From the NCBI GenBank assembly GCA_013239625.1, contig MU053934.1:4544399-4608398 (forward strand): 64,000 bases of DNA, written 5' to 3'. How positions within the stretch are numbered: the first letter of the stretch is position 1; every line of letters starts with the position of its first letter. This DNA comes from Lama guanicoe. Taxonomy: Eukaryota. Below, in pieces: positions 1 to 12,265 of this stretch. The translations under genes were made by a program, and so were the position numbers. Under the pieces are notes generated by a model. That model was not told where the DNA came from, did not search any database, and was given only the letters and a program-made list of their open reading frames with translations.

Positions 1-1869
1 TCTTAATGAAGTTCTGCTCTGTGCTTGGGGGAATGCGGAGGGGAACTAGAGGGCAACTATCACAGGCCAATTAAGACTAAAATTGTGATGAGGGTGAAAA
101 AGACTTAACAAACAATGTTACCTAAGATCCTGGACAAATTAGTCCCCTAAAAGGAATTCCCTCTTTGCAGTCAAGGGGAAAAGGAGAGTATCAACAGATC
201 TGCACAGTCATGACAGTTTTGCACATGGTTCACTGGGATATTGCCTTAGGCCTCAGTTTCCCCATCTGTCAAAAGAGGGGTTCATTCATTCATTCAACAA
301 ATATGTACTGAGTCTTCTCTGCCTAAGAATGACATTAAAGGGCCAACTAAAGGTGGGGTTAAGGTAGAAGGGCTTTCACTAGTCCATGCAAGCCATCAGG
401 GTGGGTGACCCGGGAAAGGGCTCTGAAGCTAGACATGAGGATGTAGAATCAGGAGATATTTAGGATGGACAGGATCTGGAGACTATATTTGTATGAGTCA
501 TCATGGGTAGGGGCAGGGAGGGGCAGCAGAGAGGGCAGGAGTCAAGATCTCCATTTTGGAATATTGGGTAGATAGTGTTACTTTTAGAAAAGGATAGATT
601 ATATAGAGATTTGGATTTATTTACAGGGTTAACGATATCCTTTCTCCTTCTAAGAACATGTCAAAGACCCAGCAAGATGTATGCGACTCAACAAGAAAAA
701 AGTAAGGAAGCGAGGGAAGGGAAATAAGATGAAGCCAGAAAGGGATCACACCCAAACACACATTATAGAACTCTGTTTATGCCAGCGTAGTCTTCCCTTT
801 TGGTTTCAAGCCTCTGTGCAGCCAAATAAAAAAGATAAATATGATCAGTAACATGATTCACAATAGCTACAGGATAAAAAACAAACCAGTGGCCAAAGGA
901 ATCCACTGTGCCTGAAATAAGGCTTGAAAGAAATGTCGCTGGGGAGACAGGGTTCTCCTAAAGGGGCCAAAATGGGATGCAGCTGATGACACCCTGAACA
1001 TCAGGACGCCGTGAACACACAGTGGCTGTGCACCTTCAGTGCAGACCAATGAACTCACCAAGCTGATCTGTGCAAGCTGTTTACAAGAGGTCAAAACAAA
1101 GGGGTTGCATTACCCAATTCCAGATTGCTGGTTTAATCCAAGGATAAAATCCAGAGTCTGGAAAGAAGTGGATTGACTTTATTTACAAATGGTCTTTCAT
1201 CAGTACTGTTTTTCAAAATGGAACTTCTAGGAAGGAATGGAAAAGGATCCAAGGTTTTGCTCAAATCCCTGAAGGGCAGATGCTCTCAGCCGCCAGGGAA
1301 AACCTGAGATGTGGACTGACCATGGCATTTCAATGTCCTTCTCTCTTACCTGACTGGATCAGGTAAGAGATCATGGCAGCAGAGACTGTGTCCCACTCCC
1401 ACAAGTTCAGCCCCCCTTGCGGGGCCCAGCACAGGAAAGGCTCTGGCTTAGGTGTGTCAGATGCGGGCATGAACACAGCCGGCCCAAACCAGAACATCAC
1501 AGTTTCACTTTCAGAGGCTGCCTCCCTTGCCCATTGAAGCAATAATGCCCCCACCTTTGACATGAGCTCACATCCTGATCTTTTGTGCTGTCACTGATTG
1601 TTGCAAATGACAAGGCATTTGGGCCAAAGCTCAGTTAATATGAGTTTGTGGCATGAGTGTAGCCCTGTGCCCCCAGAGTGGGAGGCTGGGCACAGAGCCT
1701 CTGGGTCATGAAGGCCCCCCTTCCCTGCTCCTCCACCACCAGCTGCCAAGGTGATGCCCCGAAGAATAAGAGCCGGCTGGCCTGAGGCGCCTGGCAGCTC
1801 CTGCTCTTGCTCCTATGTGGGCCCAGCCTGGTGAAACTCCATGTACCTGTGCTGGGGCTGCAGGCCACC

Positions 1870-2706
1870 ATGGCAAGTATGGCTTCCCACTGCCTCTCCG
1901 TCTATGTGCTGGGCCTCTGCATCCTGTGGTGCAGGAGTCTGCAGGTGGGTTGGGGGCTCCCCCTCATCCTGGCCTGGAAGCTGTGCGTGGAGCTACTGCT
2001 GCCCGTCCAACAGGCCTTGGGGCAACTGCTGACCGTTGCGCGGGGCTGGGGCCTCCAGCTGCTCACCACCCTGATCCACAGAGCCTGCCACTGCATTCTG
2101 TGGTTCCGGCAGCACTTACGATGGGAGGTCAACCTAGCCCTGCTCTCCATGGCCCAGTGGGCCTACTACAGCCTGGTTGACTTCCACCGCGAGAACAGCA
2201 AGGCTTTGGAGCTGCTGCTGCGGGCTGTGCTGCAGCAGGTGGCTGCGTCTCTGCTGGTCCGCTGCCTGGACAGGCTGTGGGTGGCCATGGGACAGGTGAC
2301 CCGGGCCATGCGGGGCAGTGGCCTGCAGTCCCTGGGTAAGGCCGGGCTGTGCCCGGCAGCCTCCAAAGACCTGGATGCAGTCACCACCATCCTTCCAGCT
2401 TCCACCATCCCTCTTAGCCAGCGCTTCCCTGGACCTGACCCAGCAACCCTGAGCAGGCTCACGCCAGCCTCCATCAGCCTGTGCCTAGTGGCTGGGGACA
2501 AGGATGCCAGTGAAGGACAAGGAGGCTGCGGTCTGGGGGTTACCAAGGTGCCCATTAGCACCAGGTTCCAGAGCAGTAGAACAGGCAAGATGGCCTTCAG
2601 CTCTTCACCCAAGCAGGCCCTCGCACAGCAAGTCAAGGCCACTTGTATTCTCATCATCCTGCTGTATATCTATGCCGCGTGTCTCTTCATGCAGATCTTA
2701 AAATAA
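1870..2706 (+). CDS. Uncharacterised 278-aa putative membrane protein, single-exon ORF (candidate gene)
   Basis: Start context is GCCACCATGG at 1870. The frame is open for 278 codons with many G/C-ending codons (CTG, GCC, CAG, GTG). The N-terminal region is hydrophobic and the C-terminus is CILIILLYIYAACLFMQIL-K. AATAAA (2702-2707) overlaps the TAA stop. No repeat similarity or protein family recognised. Confidence 0.55.
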   Translation: MASMASHCLSVYVLGLCILWCRSLQVGWGLPLILAWKLCVELLLPVQQALGQLLTVARGWGLQLLTTLIHRACHCILWFRQHLRWEVNLALLSMAQWAYYSLVDFHRENSKALELLLRAVLQQVAASLLVRCLDRLWVAMGQVTRAMRGSGLQSLGKAGLCPAASKDLDAVTTILPASTIPLSQRFPGPDPATLSRLTPASISLCLVAGDKDASEGQGGCGLGVTKVPISTRFQSSRTGKMAFSSSPKQALAQQVKATCILIILLYIYAACLFMQILK

Positions 2707-3550
2707 ATGACCAAGTGTAAACCAGCCTCGTATATCCATGGCTTGCTTTGTCAACAAGAGATTGAATGGAGAGACCTGTCCACCCAAGCCTTTACTGGGC
2801 TACGGTCAGGGGTGGATGGTACTTAGTATGCAAGCCACACTGCATAACAGGGGCTGGGCTGGGAGACCTGGTCTCAGCTCCATCACTCTGTGTGTCTTTG
2901 GGTAAGTTCCTTCACCCTCTTGGGCCTCAGTTCCCTTTTCTGTAAAATGTAGATAATAGAGCTCCAGGGAAAAGGAATATAGAAAAAGGAGCATTTGGTA
3001 AATTGTAGAGTACTCTTCGCACTCAATTATCCTAGCAGAGGGTACAAGGCTTCCTTGGAGAACACTTTTATGTTCTATTAAAGGACATAAAAAGACCTGA
3101 ATAAAGAGGGACATAGTCAATTCATGGGTGTACTGACCTAATGCCTTAAAAAATCAATTGTCTCCAAATTAATTTATAAAGTCTCTAGGATTCCAACCAA
3201 AATCTGAAGGGATTTGGAGGTTGAGGGGGTGGGCCGGACTCATAAACTGATTCTAAGATGTCCTTAAAAGTCCTTAAAATTTTAAGGCATTTTTGAAAAA
3301 ACAGAGCCAAGGTCGGGGACTTGCTCTACCAAATATTAAGACATTACAAAATCACAGTAGTGAAAACAGTGTGGCAGAAAAACCAGGCAGGCGAATGGAA
3401 TAAACCGCAGAGCCCAGACACAGCTGGCTGCAAACTGGAACTTGATGTATGAAAAATGTGGCCTCACAAACCAGTGGGGAGAGCGGGAATATTTGGTAGA
3501 TGGAGTCGGAGAAATTGGTTCGCTACATGAAAGAATAAATATGGCTCTTC

Positions 3551-3973
3551 TAGCTGGTTGAATGGTGGTCCCCCAAAGATATGACCATCTAAAGCCTGTG
3601 AGTGTGGCCTTATTTGGGGAAAGGGTCTTTGCAAAAGAAACTTTGAACTGAGGATCTTGAGATTCGATAATCCTGGAGTAGAATGGGCCCTAAACCCAGA
3701 GACAGGTGACTTTATAAGAGAAGCCAAGGGGAAGAGAAACACAGAAAAGACCATATGAAGAGGAAATAGATTAGCCAAGGAATGCCAAGGGTTGCCAGTA
3801 GCCACCAGAAGCTAGGAGGGAAGCATGGGACAGTTTCTCCCTTAGAGCCTCCAGAAGGAACCAACCCTGATTTCAGACTTTTGGTCTCCAGAACTGTGGG
3901 AGAGTAAATTTCTGTTGTTTTAAGCCACCAAGCTTTTGGTCATTTGTTATAGCAGCCACAGGAAACTAATGCA
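3551..3973 (+). mobile_element. MaLR solo LTR (MLT1-like)
   Basis: MLT1-type motifs: tggttgaatggtggtccccc, ccttatttggggaaagggtctttgca, tctccagaactgtgggagagtaaatttctgttgttttaagccacc, ending aggaaactaatgca. Confidence 0.8.
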
Positions 3974-5885
3974 GATCCCTGCCTTGTATCTCAACTCTAT
4001 ACCTAAGGTCCAAAAGCATTTGCAGCACTGTATCCGTGCAGAGGTTATTTTAATGTGCTGGAGGCAATTACTCTTCTTTGGGAAATTAGCTGCCATTGAT
4101 TGAGGACAGAACAATCTTTTATTTCATTTGATCATCCAATCAACCCTTTGAGGAAAGCACTCTTTTATCATCTCCATTTTATAGCTAAGGAAACTGTCTC
4201 AAATGAAATAAGTAACTTGCTGAGATCATACCTCGGAGCTCATGGCTTCAGCCACAAGCTTCTGTGCCCCTGCTCGGGCTTTGCCCGTCACCACCACCTT
4301 CACTCCCAGCACTAGCACATTAGGGGTCTTGAAGATGGACCCTGCTGAGTTCCCTGCTGTGTTCCCAGGCCTAGAGTGTTTATCCTATGAATGAAATCAG
4401 ACTTAGTGTCCGCTCTTAGACTCTCCTGCGCCACCCCCACTTGTTTGTGGTTCAGCAGACACTTCTGCCTCCTCAACCTTCAACCCACTAAGTCCAGGCC
4501 ACAGTCTCCTCCCACCTGGATCGCTGAACCAATCTCCAGTGCATCCTCTTGGTCTCCCTCCTGCCCCTAAAATCCATTCTCCACCCAGCAACCAGGTAGA
4601 TCTTACACTGAGAATCAGACCATTATCCCACTGATTAAAACCCTCCAGCGGTTTCCCATACTATGAGGCCTCCGGGGACTGCCAGCTGGTCCCAGCACAT
4701 CCCCTCGTTCCCGGGGCCGCCCCTCACGCTGACCTCTCCCATTCCACACGCAGCCCTCTCTGCAGCAGAGCCTTTGTCCCTGCTTCTCTCTCTGCCTGGA
4801 ACATGGGCTGACTTCTATTCTGGTTAAAGCATAAATTTTAAAAGATGATAAAAATCACACTTGTACAGATACAAAAATGAACATATGTCAAAGATTTTTA
4901 TTTAGTTCATCAATTAAGGAGGGAGCCAGGCAGATGCTGTAAGTGGCTCAAAGAAGAAGATCCAGAACCACGTAGTTATATGGAGTACAGAAACGTAGAA
5001 ATGAATTTACAAATGGACATAAAACTGGCTTTTTCCACTGGGTCTGGGGGGTGAGGGAGAGGTGTCCTTCCACTGGACAGGATGTATTTGCATGTGTATA
5101 GATAAGGATTATTTGCATTGCTGTCCTTTATCTACAGTGTACAGAGCTGCAGAACACTTTAAGGGCAAAGAAGAACCTTTAAACTACGAAGAACTAGATA
5201 ATCTCTCAGGCTCCAGCTTGATTAAAAGGATAGCCAGTGGTCTCTTTTGCTCATTCCAAAAATCTTTAAATGTTCCTGCATTCTTCAGATCTTACCTTCT
5301 TTGTTATTTCTTTGAGAGCCTTCCTCAATCACCTGATCTCTCCCATCCTCAGACCTTATCCCCCCTCAGAGATGAGGCTATCTCTGTTTTTCCAACACCA
5401 AGCCACAGAGGCAGGCTGCATAAATATTTGTGGATAAATGCAAGGGTGAGCCTGTGTGTTTGGGGGAAATGGAAGTATTGTCAGTGGAGCCTCAAACTTG
5501 GACCTCCTGGGTCTCTAACAAAAACACATTTCTCTTCCCTGGGGAGTATGAAAATGAGAATATCTAAATTCTTCCAGAATATCCAAAAATGCAGTCGTGT
5601 GTCTTGACCTTCAAGCCTCTGGATCCTTCCTTTCTTGCCATTCTCCCATGCTCATTGCTCCCAGCATTTTACTAGTTTGACTGGCTGACCTAACAGTCAA
5701 CTGAGCCATTGTTTCTTCAGGTATAAAATGGGAGCAATCACATCTGAATCAAGGGGTTATTCATTCACTCGATCAGTGAACACCTAAGGAGTGCCTGTTA
5801 GCAGATACTGTTATTCCCATTACATGCAATTCATCATATAATTATAATATTCATTACCTCAATCGATCTTCAAAATCCCCTGAAA

Positions 5886-6304
5886 CAGTGCTTTTCAAAT
5901 TTTAACATGCAAACAAATCACCAGGCAGCTTGTTAGAATGTGGGCTCTGATTCAGGAGGACTGGGTGCCAAGGGTGCTAGTCTATGGAGCACGCTTTAAG
6001 TAACAAGGTCCTAAGTACATCTTATTCATCATCCCCTTTTACCACCCGGATTACTGAGTCTCAGAGTGGTTGAGGGTCCCACAGCCAGCAGAGGTTGGGA
6101 GGGGTTTCGGGGACAGATTAAAGCAGAGATTCTTTAACATTGGCTGTACATTAGAATCACCCAGGAGGGTTTTAGAAATTCTGATTCCCAGGCTGAATCT
6201 CAGAGCAACAAATGACAATTTCTAAGGGTGAGACCCAGGAAGCAGACATTTTGAAAAAGCTCTCCAAGATGACTCCAAAGTGCAGCCAAAATTGAGGACT
6301 GCTG
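5886..6304. mobile_element. Two MER5-like hAT-Charlie non-autonomous DNA transposon copies (about 5886-6009 and 6124-6304)
   Basis: CAG-start termini with (ag)aatcacc motifs; the second copy ends gtgcagccaaaattgaggactgctg, as in MER5. Confidence 0.65.
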
Positions 6305-6989
6305 GGCTAGAGAATTTAGGAGGAGAATGGAGTTGTAGGTTTCATCGTTATCCATTCAACCAATCTTCTCTAGATTCCTAACGTATGCCAGGTTCTGCCC
6401 AGGGGGTTGGAATTTGGGAAAAATGATTGTATTCAGCTATGTTAAAACTAAGGATGGCTTTTCATTGGAGATTATAATTAACCCTTGCAGAATATTTACT
6501 CCATCCCATTTGTATCCTCATTTCATACAGGGGGAAAACGGAGCCACGGAGGGTGATGAGAGCAAGTTCAAGCCCAACTAGTCTGGGTCCACAAACACTT
6601 TCTGCTTTCTGTAAAGGGCCAGAGAGTAAATATTTGGGGTTTTGTGGACCATACAGTTATAGGGGTCCAAAATACACTCCAGTGGCATTAAGATTATTTT
6701 AAGCTATAAACATCTGAACAAACAGCAGCCCAGAAAAGAAAAAAAAAAACAAAAAACCTTACCTAAACATCTTTGCTGCCTTAAGCAGGACCTCCTAAAA
6801 GATTCAGCTACCATAAATCCCCTATCTGGGAGGGTCACAGTCAGGAAGGAGACTAATCATCATAACCTAAGCATCACTTTACCAGCTTTATCTGAAACTG
6901 TCACACCTTCCATCTATCCTTCCATAGAAGCCCTTTCTCCCTTCTCTCTATTGCCTTGTTAAGTGGGTCTATAAACCCCTATCTTTCCT

Positions 6990-7162
6990 TCATTTTTTCT
7001 TTATTTTTTTTATTAAAGTATAGTTGATTTACAATCTTGTGTTAGTTTCAGGTGTACAGCAAAGTGATTCAGTTTTATATATATATTCTTTTTCAGATTA
7101 TTTTCCATTATAGGTTATTACAAAATATTGAATATCGTTCCCTTTGCTATAGAGTAGGTCTT
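6990..7162 (-). mobile_element. 5'-truncated L1 3' end, inserted within a MER34-like LTR remnant that starts near 6657
   Basis: T-rich tail followed by tatagttgatttacaat...gtttcaggtgtacagcaaagtgattcagtt. It is the reverse complement of the same family seen at 30541-30746. Confidence 0.75.
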
Positions 7163-7431
7163 TCCTTTACTTGAATTCAGTCATTCTTGAAGCAAGTGAG
7201 ACAGTGGAATTGAAGCAGGAGTTGGTGGCAGCCCAGTGACACCACCATGGGGACGGGCAAGTAAGATGGGTAAGTACACAATGGGATGCTGGACACCGTT
7301 CGGAACTGACCACTTAGATGTTCCTGCTGTAACATGGATCAGCCTTAAAACATAATATGGAGTTGAAAAAGGGAAGAAACAGTAAGATTTATAGCCCAAT
7401 GCCATTCATGTTATTTAAAAACACAAACACA

Positions 7432-7605
7432 GGGTGGGGAGGGTATAGCTTGCTGACAGAGTGCGCATTTAACATGCATGAGGTCCTGGATTCGAGCCCC
7501 AGTACCTCCATTAAACAAAAATGATAATAAATAAATGAATAAATAAATAAACAGAAAACAAAAAGAAAGAAGAAAAGAAAGAAAACAAAAAGAAATTAAA
7601 AAAAA
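7432..7605 (+). mobile_element. tRNA-Ala-derived SINE (camelid vic-1-like)
   Basis: ggggagggtatagct...catgcatgaggtcctggattcgagccccagtacctcca tRNA-like head followed by an A-rich tail. Confidence 0.8.
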
Positions 7606-7867
7606 TTTTTTAATCCACAAAGACATACATACTTAACGTACAAGGGTACGTGCACATTCAGGGAGACCTACGCAAACTACATCAGAGCAAGCACCCAGCA
7701 GCAGAATCAGGTTGGGAACAAGGCAGAAACACAAAGGCCCTGCCTGCCAGCAAAGCTGGGCTCCGCGTAGCTTCTCAGCTCTCTGGGGGACGCTGATGGA
7801 CACTGATGGACTCAGCTGCTTGCACCTGAGGTGCACAAAGAACAGTACTTACCATTATTATGATGAT

Positions 7868-8341
7868 TTTCGGGAAAGAAAAAAAATTTTTTCCTTCTAC
7901 TCTTTTAGGTTCTTAACAAACAGACAGAAGTTTATTAACATTTATATCTCATAGAAGCATAAGAGAAACCCAGGAATGAGTAACTCAAAGAGGTGGTTAA
8001 AACTTGGGCTTATCTGCATCTTTGACAAAGAACAACACAATTGTAGAGAAAGACAGGACAAAGGACATGGTTTTAAGCTTCCAAGGGTGGCAAACTGTGG
8101 GGAAGTAACTATGTGGGGGGAAAATAATGGAATACAGCTTTTTTTTTTTTCAGATACTCTGTGTTGTCTCTGGGATAGAAAGAGTCTGGAGTTGTCTCCA
8201 GTAAAGTAAAATCTATACTCTAGAAAAGGGGAGGGGAAAGAGAGCTTTTCCTGCATTTGCTACTTCTTAATTGCTTTCAGCTCAAAAGAATTTTTATGTC
8301 AAAGAGGCATATTTAGCCGTGACATATTCTGGTTTCCGTCA
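7868..8341 (-). mobile_element. ERV solo LTR (MER34/MER39-like)
   Basis: Minus strand begins TGACGGAAACCAGAATATG...CTAAATATGCCTCTTTGACATA. It is flanked by the ATGAT direct repeat at 7863-7867 and 8342-8346. Confidence 0.65.
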
Positions 8342-9708
8342 ATGATATTTCTGTAAAGTGAAATAGTTTGCAGCCTGTTAACCAGAATTAGGTAGATCTA
8401 TATATAGTGACGGGAGAAGACTTTCAAAATACATCAGTAAGTTAAAAAAAAACATTCATGGAACAGTGCAAATGCTATAATCCTACTTATTTAAAAATTA
8501 GATACATGTCCAGGTACATATATTAAGTAAATTCACAGAAAGCTCACTGGAAGGTGGCTTATCGAACCCTGGATACCTTTGAGCAGTACTGTGGGCATAC
8601 GGGGTGGGTGTGCAAGTGGCTTTCCCAGATGGTTTTGTGTACCCTGCTGCATTCTTCACAGGAATGCACTCATTGCTAATTACTTGTACAATTTTTAAAA
8701 ATAAAAATCAAAGTAAACTTCTGAGAAGAAACAAAACAAGAATCATCTGGGATTCTTCAAAATATAGATACCACCTCCAGACCTGCTGAATCAGAAGCTG
8801 GGGGCAGGGGAAGCACAGCTGTGTGGGAAAAAAAACCCAGGTAATTCTGATGGACGCTCCGCGGTAAGAATCACTCAGCTAGGGACAGTTTGGGCAAATC
8901 ATTTAAGCTTCAAATCCAAGTAATTGTAAAAGTCTTTTCTGTACACCAGAAAGCTCCTGTGGGACATTAAAAGCTCACATTGGGAGCCTTTGAGCAAATC
9001 CCTTCTCATCTCTGAGTCTGAGTCCCTTTTTCTGAAATATGAGGGGGTTGGACCAGAATCTCTTTAATGGATGTTCCCAGGTCCCTTCCACTCACCTTTC
9101 GGATTCTAGCTGGGCTGTGTTTCTAATCCAACCAACCAAAACCTATTATTATGTTAAGACAAAACACTAGATAACTGCCCTGCTAATAAATACAGAATAA
9201 AAATAGAAAGTCACCCCTTTGTAATCCTTAATTAAATCAGGCAAGGATGGTCAAAGAGATGTTAAAACCATTAGGTGAAATGCAGCTGGAAAACAGGATA
9301 GTTATGCAAAGTATCAGCTACAGATTATTAATTACCAAGGAAAAGTGTACTTCAACAAGGAGGAGACTGCTGTCACCACTTTAAGCCAGCAGCACCACTC
9401 ATACTGGAACAGCCTGGCACCAAGTCCCTCCCAATGGGGTGCAGTGGGAAGTGCATGACATCATATGTGAACTACTAACGTCCAAATGTTTAACACGTGT
9501 AATCACAAAGAAACAGACAAATTGTGCCTTTCTGGCCTCCACTTTTACCCAATCCCTTCTCAAGCTCTCCATTTCAGCCCCTCTAAATGTATTGAAACTC
9601 CCACAGATGGGGTTTTCAGTGTCTGTAGAGGTGATACCTATGACGACTATATCATAAAGCAGGGAGGGTGAAAGGACTTCTCTAGTGGTGAGATTTTCAT
9701 ATTCCACT

Positions 9709-10040
9709 TGTATCAGTCAAAGTTTTCCACAGAAACAGAACCAAGAGAACCACTAAAAATTATGCATGACTTACTTTAAGGAATTAGTTCATGTGATTGT
9801 GGGGGCTAGCAAGTCTGAAATCTATAGAACCAGACCTGAAACTCAGACTGGAAACTCAGAAAAAGGTTGATGTTGTCATCTGGAGTCTGAATTCCTTCCA
9901 CTCTGGGAAGACTTAAGGACTTCACCTGATTTGATGAGGCCCACCCCCATTATTGAGGGTTTTCTACTTACTTAGTCAAATGGCTGTATGTTAATCACAT
10001 ATACAAAATAGTTTCACAGTAATATCTAGACTAGTGTCTT
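9709..10040. mobile_element. MLT2-like (ERVL) LTR fragment
   Basis: tgtatcagtc...cagaaacagaaccaa...taaggaattagttcatgtgattgtgggggctagcaagtctgaaatc matches the recalled MLT2 pattern. Confidence 0.7.
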
Positions 10041-10096
10041 TCTAAAGATCTTGCCATGCATCCCCTCTTTAAAATTATTAATAGATTTTTTTAAAT

Positions 10097-10230
10097 GGGG
10101 GGATGGTATAGTTCAAGTGGTAGAGCATATGCTTAGCATACACAAGGTCCTGGGTTCAATCCCCAGTACCTCTAAAAGTAAATAGGTAAGTAAACCTAAT
10201 TACATCCCCCAAAATTAAAAAAAAATTATA
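10097..10230 (+). mobile_element. tRNA-Ala-derived SINE (vic-1-like)
   Basis: gtggtagagcatatgcttagcatacacaaggtcctgggttcaatccccagtacc head, aaacctaattac tail motif and A-run. Confidence 0.8.
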
Positions 10231-10239
10231 AATGGCTCC

Positions 10240-11260
10240 CTTTTAAGTTTTACCTTTTCTAATTGTTGGCTGTGGGAATATAAAAATATAATTGCTTTTG
10301 ATATTTTGATATTCTAATTAGCAAATTTACTAAACTTTTGTCAATTCTAATAATTTTTATATTTTAAAGTTTTCTACATACAGCAATTATATTATCTGAA
10401 GATAATAAATATTTCTTCCTCATCTTTGTACCTTATATATATCTTCTCCTTGTCTTACTGTGCTGGATAAGATTTGTAGAGCAATGTTGAATGTCGTGAT
10501 GGCTGGTATTCTTGTTTTTTCTCAAATTTTTAAAAAGAATGCTTTTAACATTTCATCTATTAAGTATAATCATCCTGTAGGATTTTTATAGATAATTTTC
10601 ATTAAGTTAAGGATTTTCTATTTTTAGTTTGGTAAGAGATTTTATATTGAATGGGTCTTGATTTTATTGAATAGTTTTAGTACATCTATTGAGATGATCA
10701 TGTAATTTTTATGTTCTAATCTGTTTATATGAGAAAATACATTTATTGATTCCCTAGTAATGATCCAAGTTTGCATTCCTAGGATAAGCCCAACTTGTTC
10801 ATGATGTATTATCTTTTTTTGCATTGCAGAATTAAGTTTGCTAATATCTTCAGCACTGTTTGCAATGATATTTACCAGTGAGATTGGCCTGAACTTTTCC
10901 TTTCTAGAACTATTGTCTGATTTTGGTGTCAAAGTAGTTTCACTCTATAGAATAAAATAAGTATTCCCACTGTCCCACTCTAAAAGAATTTGTGTAACAA
11001 TGAAATCATCCTTTTTGGGTGGTTGGTAAAATTCACTCATAAAATTATCTGGGCCTTATGTTTTATTTGTGACTAGAGTTTTAGCCACTGTTTCAGCTTC
11101 TTTAATGGTTATGGGACTACATAGATTTTTCTTGTCTTATTCAATCAGTTTTGATTGAAAATTATACCTTTCTATAAATACATAGGAAATTATCCATTTT
11201 TCTCTAATTTCAAATTTATTGGCATAAAGGTGTTCACAGTAGTCTCTTGCTTTATTATTA
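10240..11260 (-). mobile_element. Old L1 fragment, ORF2 reverse-transcriptase region, degenerate
   Basis: ORF 10642-10932(-) reads KEKFRPISLVN...KKIIHHEQVG...KNYMIISID, matching the N-terminal motifs of the L1 ORF2 RT domain. Confidence 0.85.
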
Positions 11261-11779
11261 CTATTGTTATTGTTATTATTATTTTAAATCTTTGCAGATC
11301 TCACAATGATACTCTAAAGCTCCTTTCTATGGACAATTGGGGACCCTGTAGGCTCAGTTGAGGAGCTAGTGGGAGTCTTGTTTCAGCATTTGGTGGCAAG
11401 CTAAATCTTTGTCCTCCTTCCCTGGATCCATTGCTTTCTTAAGTCAGAGTCCCAGGCAGGAATCCCCCGCAGGTCTACTCTTTTCTTCCTTTCCTAGCGG
11501 TGGAGTGACACCCTTGTCGCTGGCTTCAAGCAGGAGCCTGGCTCAGGTTCTGTCTCTTGTGGAAGTTTTCATCTTTATTACCCTACAAAAGCCAAAGCTT
11601 CGGTGGTTACTTGAACCCAGAGCCCAAGCACCCATGGCTTCAGCCCTTTCCCCGTCTTATATTTCTGGTCCACAGAGTTGTTCATCTTTGAGCCATTTTG
11701 CTCTGTTTAGCTTTTCCTTCTTGTGTTTTATCTACCATTGCTTTGAGTAGGGTGCAGAAGTCTCTGCTGCCTTGTCATG

Positions 11780-12265
11780 GTTGTGATCTATTGCTGCATA
11801 ACAAACTACTCCAAAACTTAACGGCTCAAAACAACAGCCATTTTATTAGATGTTATCGTGTTGTGCCTTGGGGCTCAGCCAAGTAAGTCTTCTTTTCTGT
11901 GTGGCATTCACTGACGTCACATGTTGTATTCGGCTGATCCATGGGTCAGTCTGGAGGGTTCAGGACAGTGGTGGTGATGGCTAGAAGTCTGGGCTCAGCT
12001 GAGATTCTTGGCCTGAGTCTGGATGTGATGTCTCAGCTGTGTCAGCACAGTCAGACTTCTTAATGACAGCTCAGGGCTCAAAGTGTTCCAAGAGATGGAA
12101 TGGGAAAGCTGACATTTTCTTAAGGCTTGGGCCAGGAAAATAGCACAAAGCCATCCTATTGCTCAATGAATCACAAGTCTGCCCATATTCAAGGAGGGGA
12201 GACATAAACTCCACCTTTTTATGGGAGGTGCATCAAAGAATTTGTGGCCGTATTTCATCCACCAC
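11780..12265 (-). mobile_element. MaLR LTR (MLT1-like), degenerate
   Basis: tctattgctgcataacaaactactccaaaacttaacggctcaaaacaaca start and ggagggggacataaactccacct-type end motifs. Confidence 0.65.

Noticed and set aside
627..1362. Possible large decayed coding exon upstream of the 278-aa ORF (TTTACAG acceptor to CAG|GTAAGA donor)
   Set aside because: The frame I read has about ten stops in about 245 codons, close to random expectation, and no recognisable motif.
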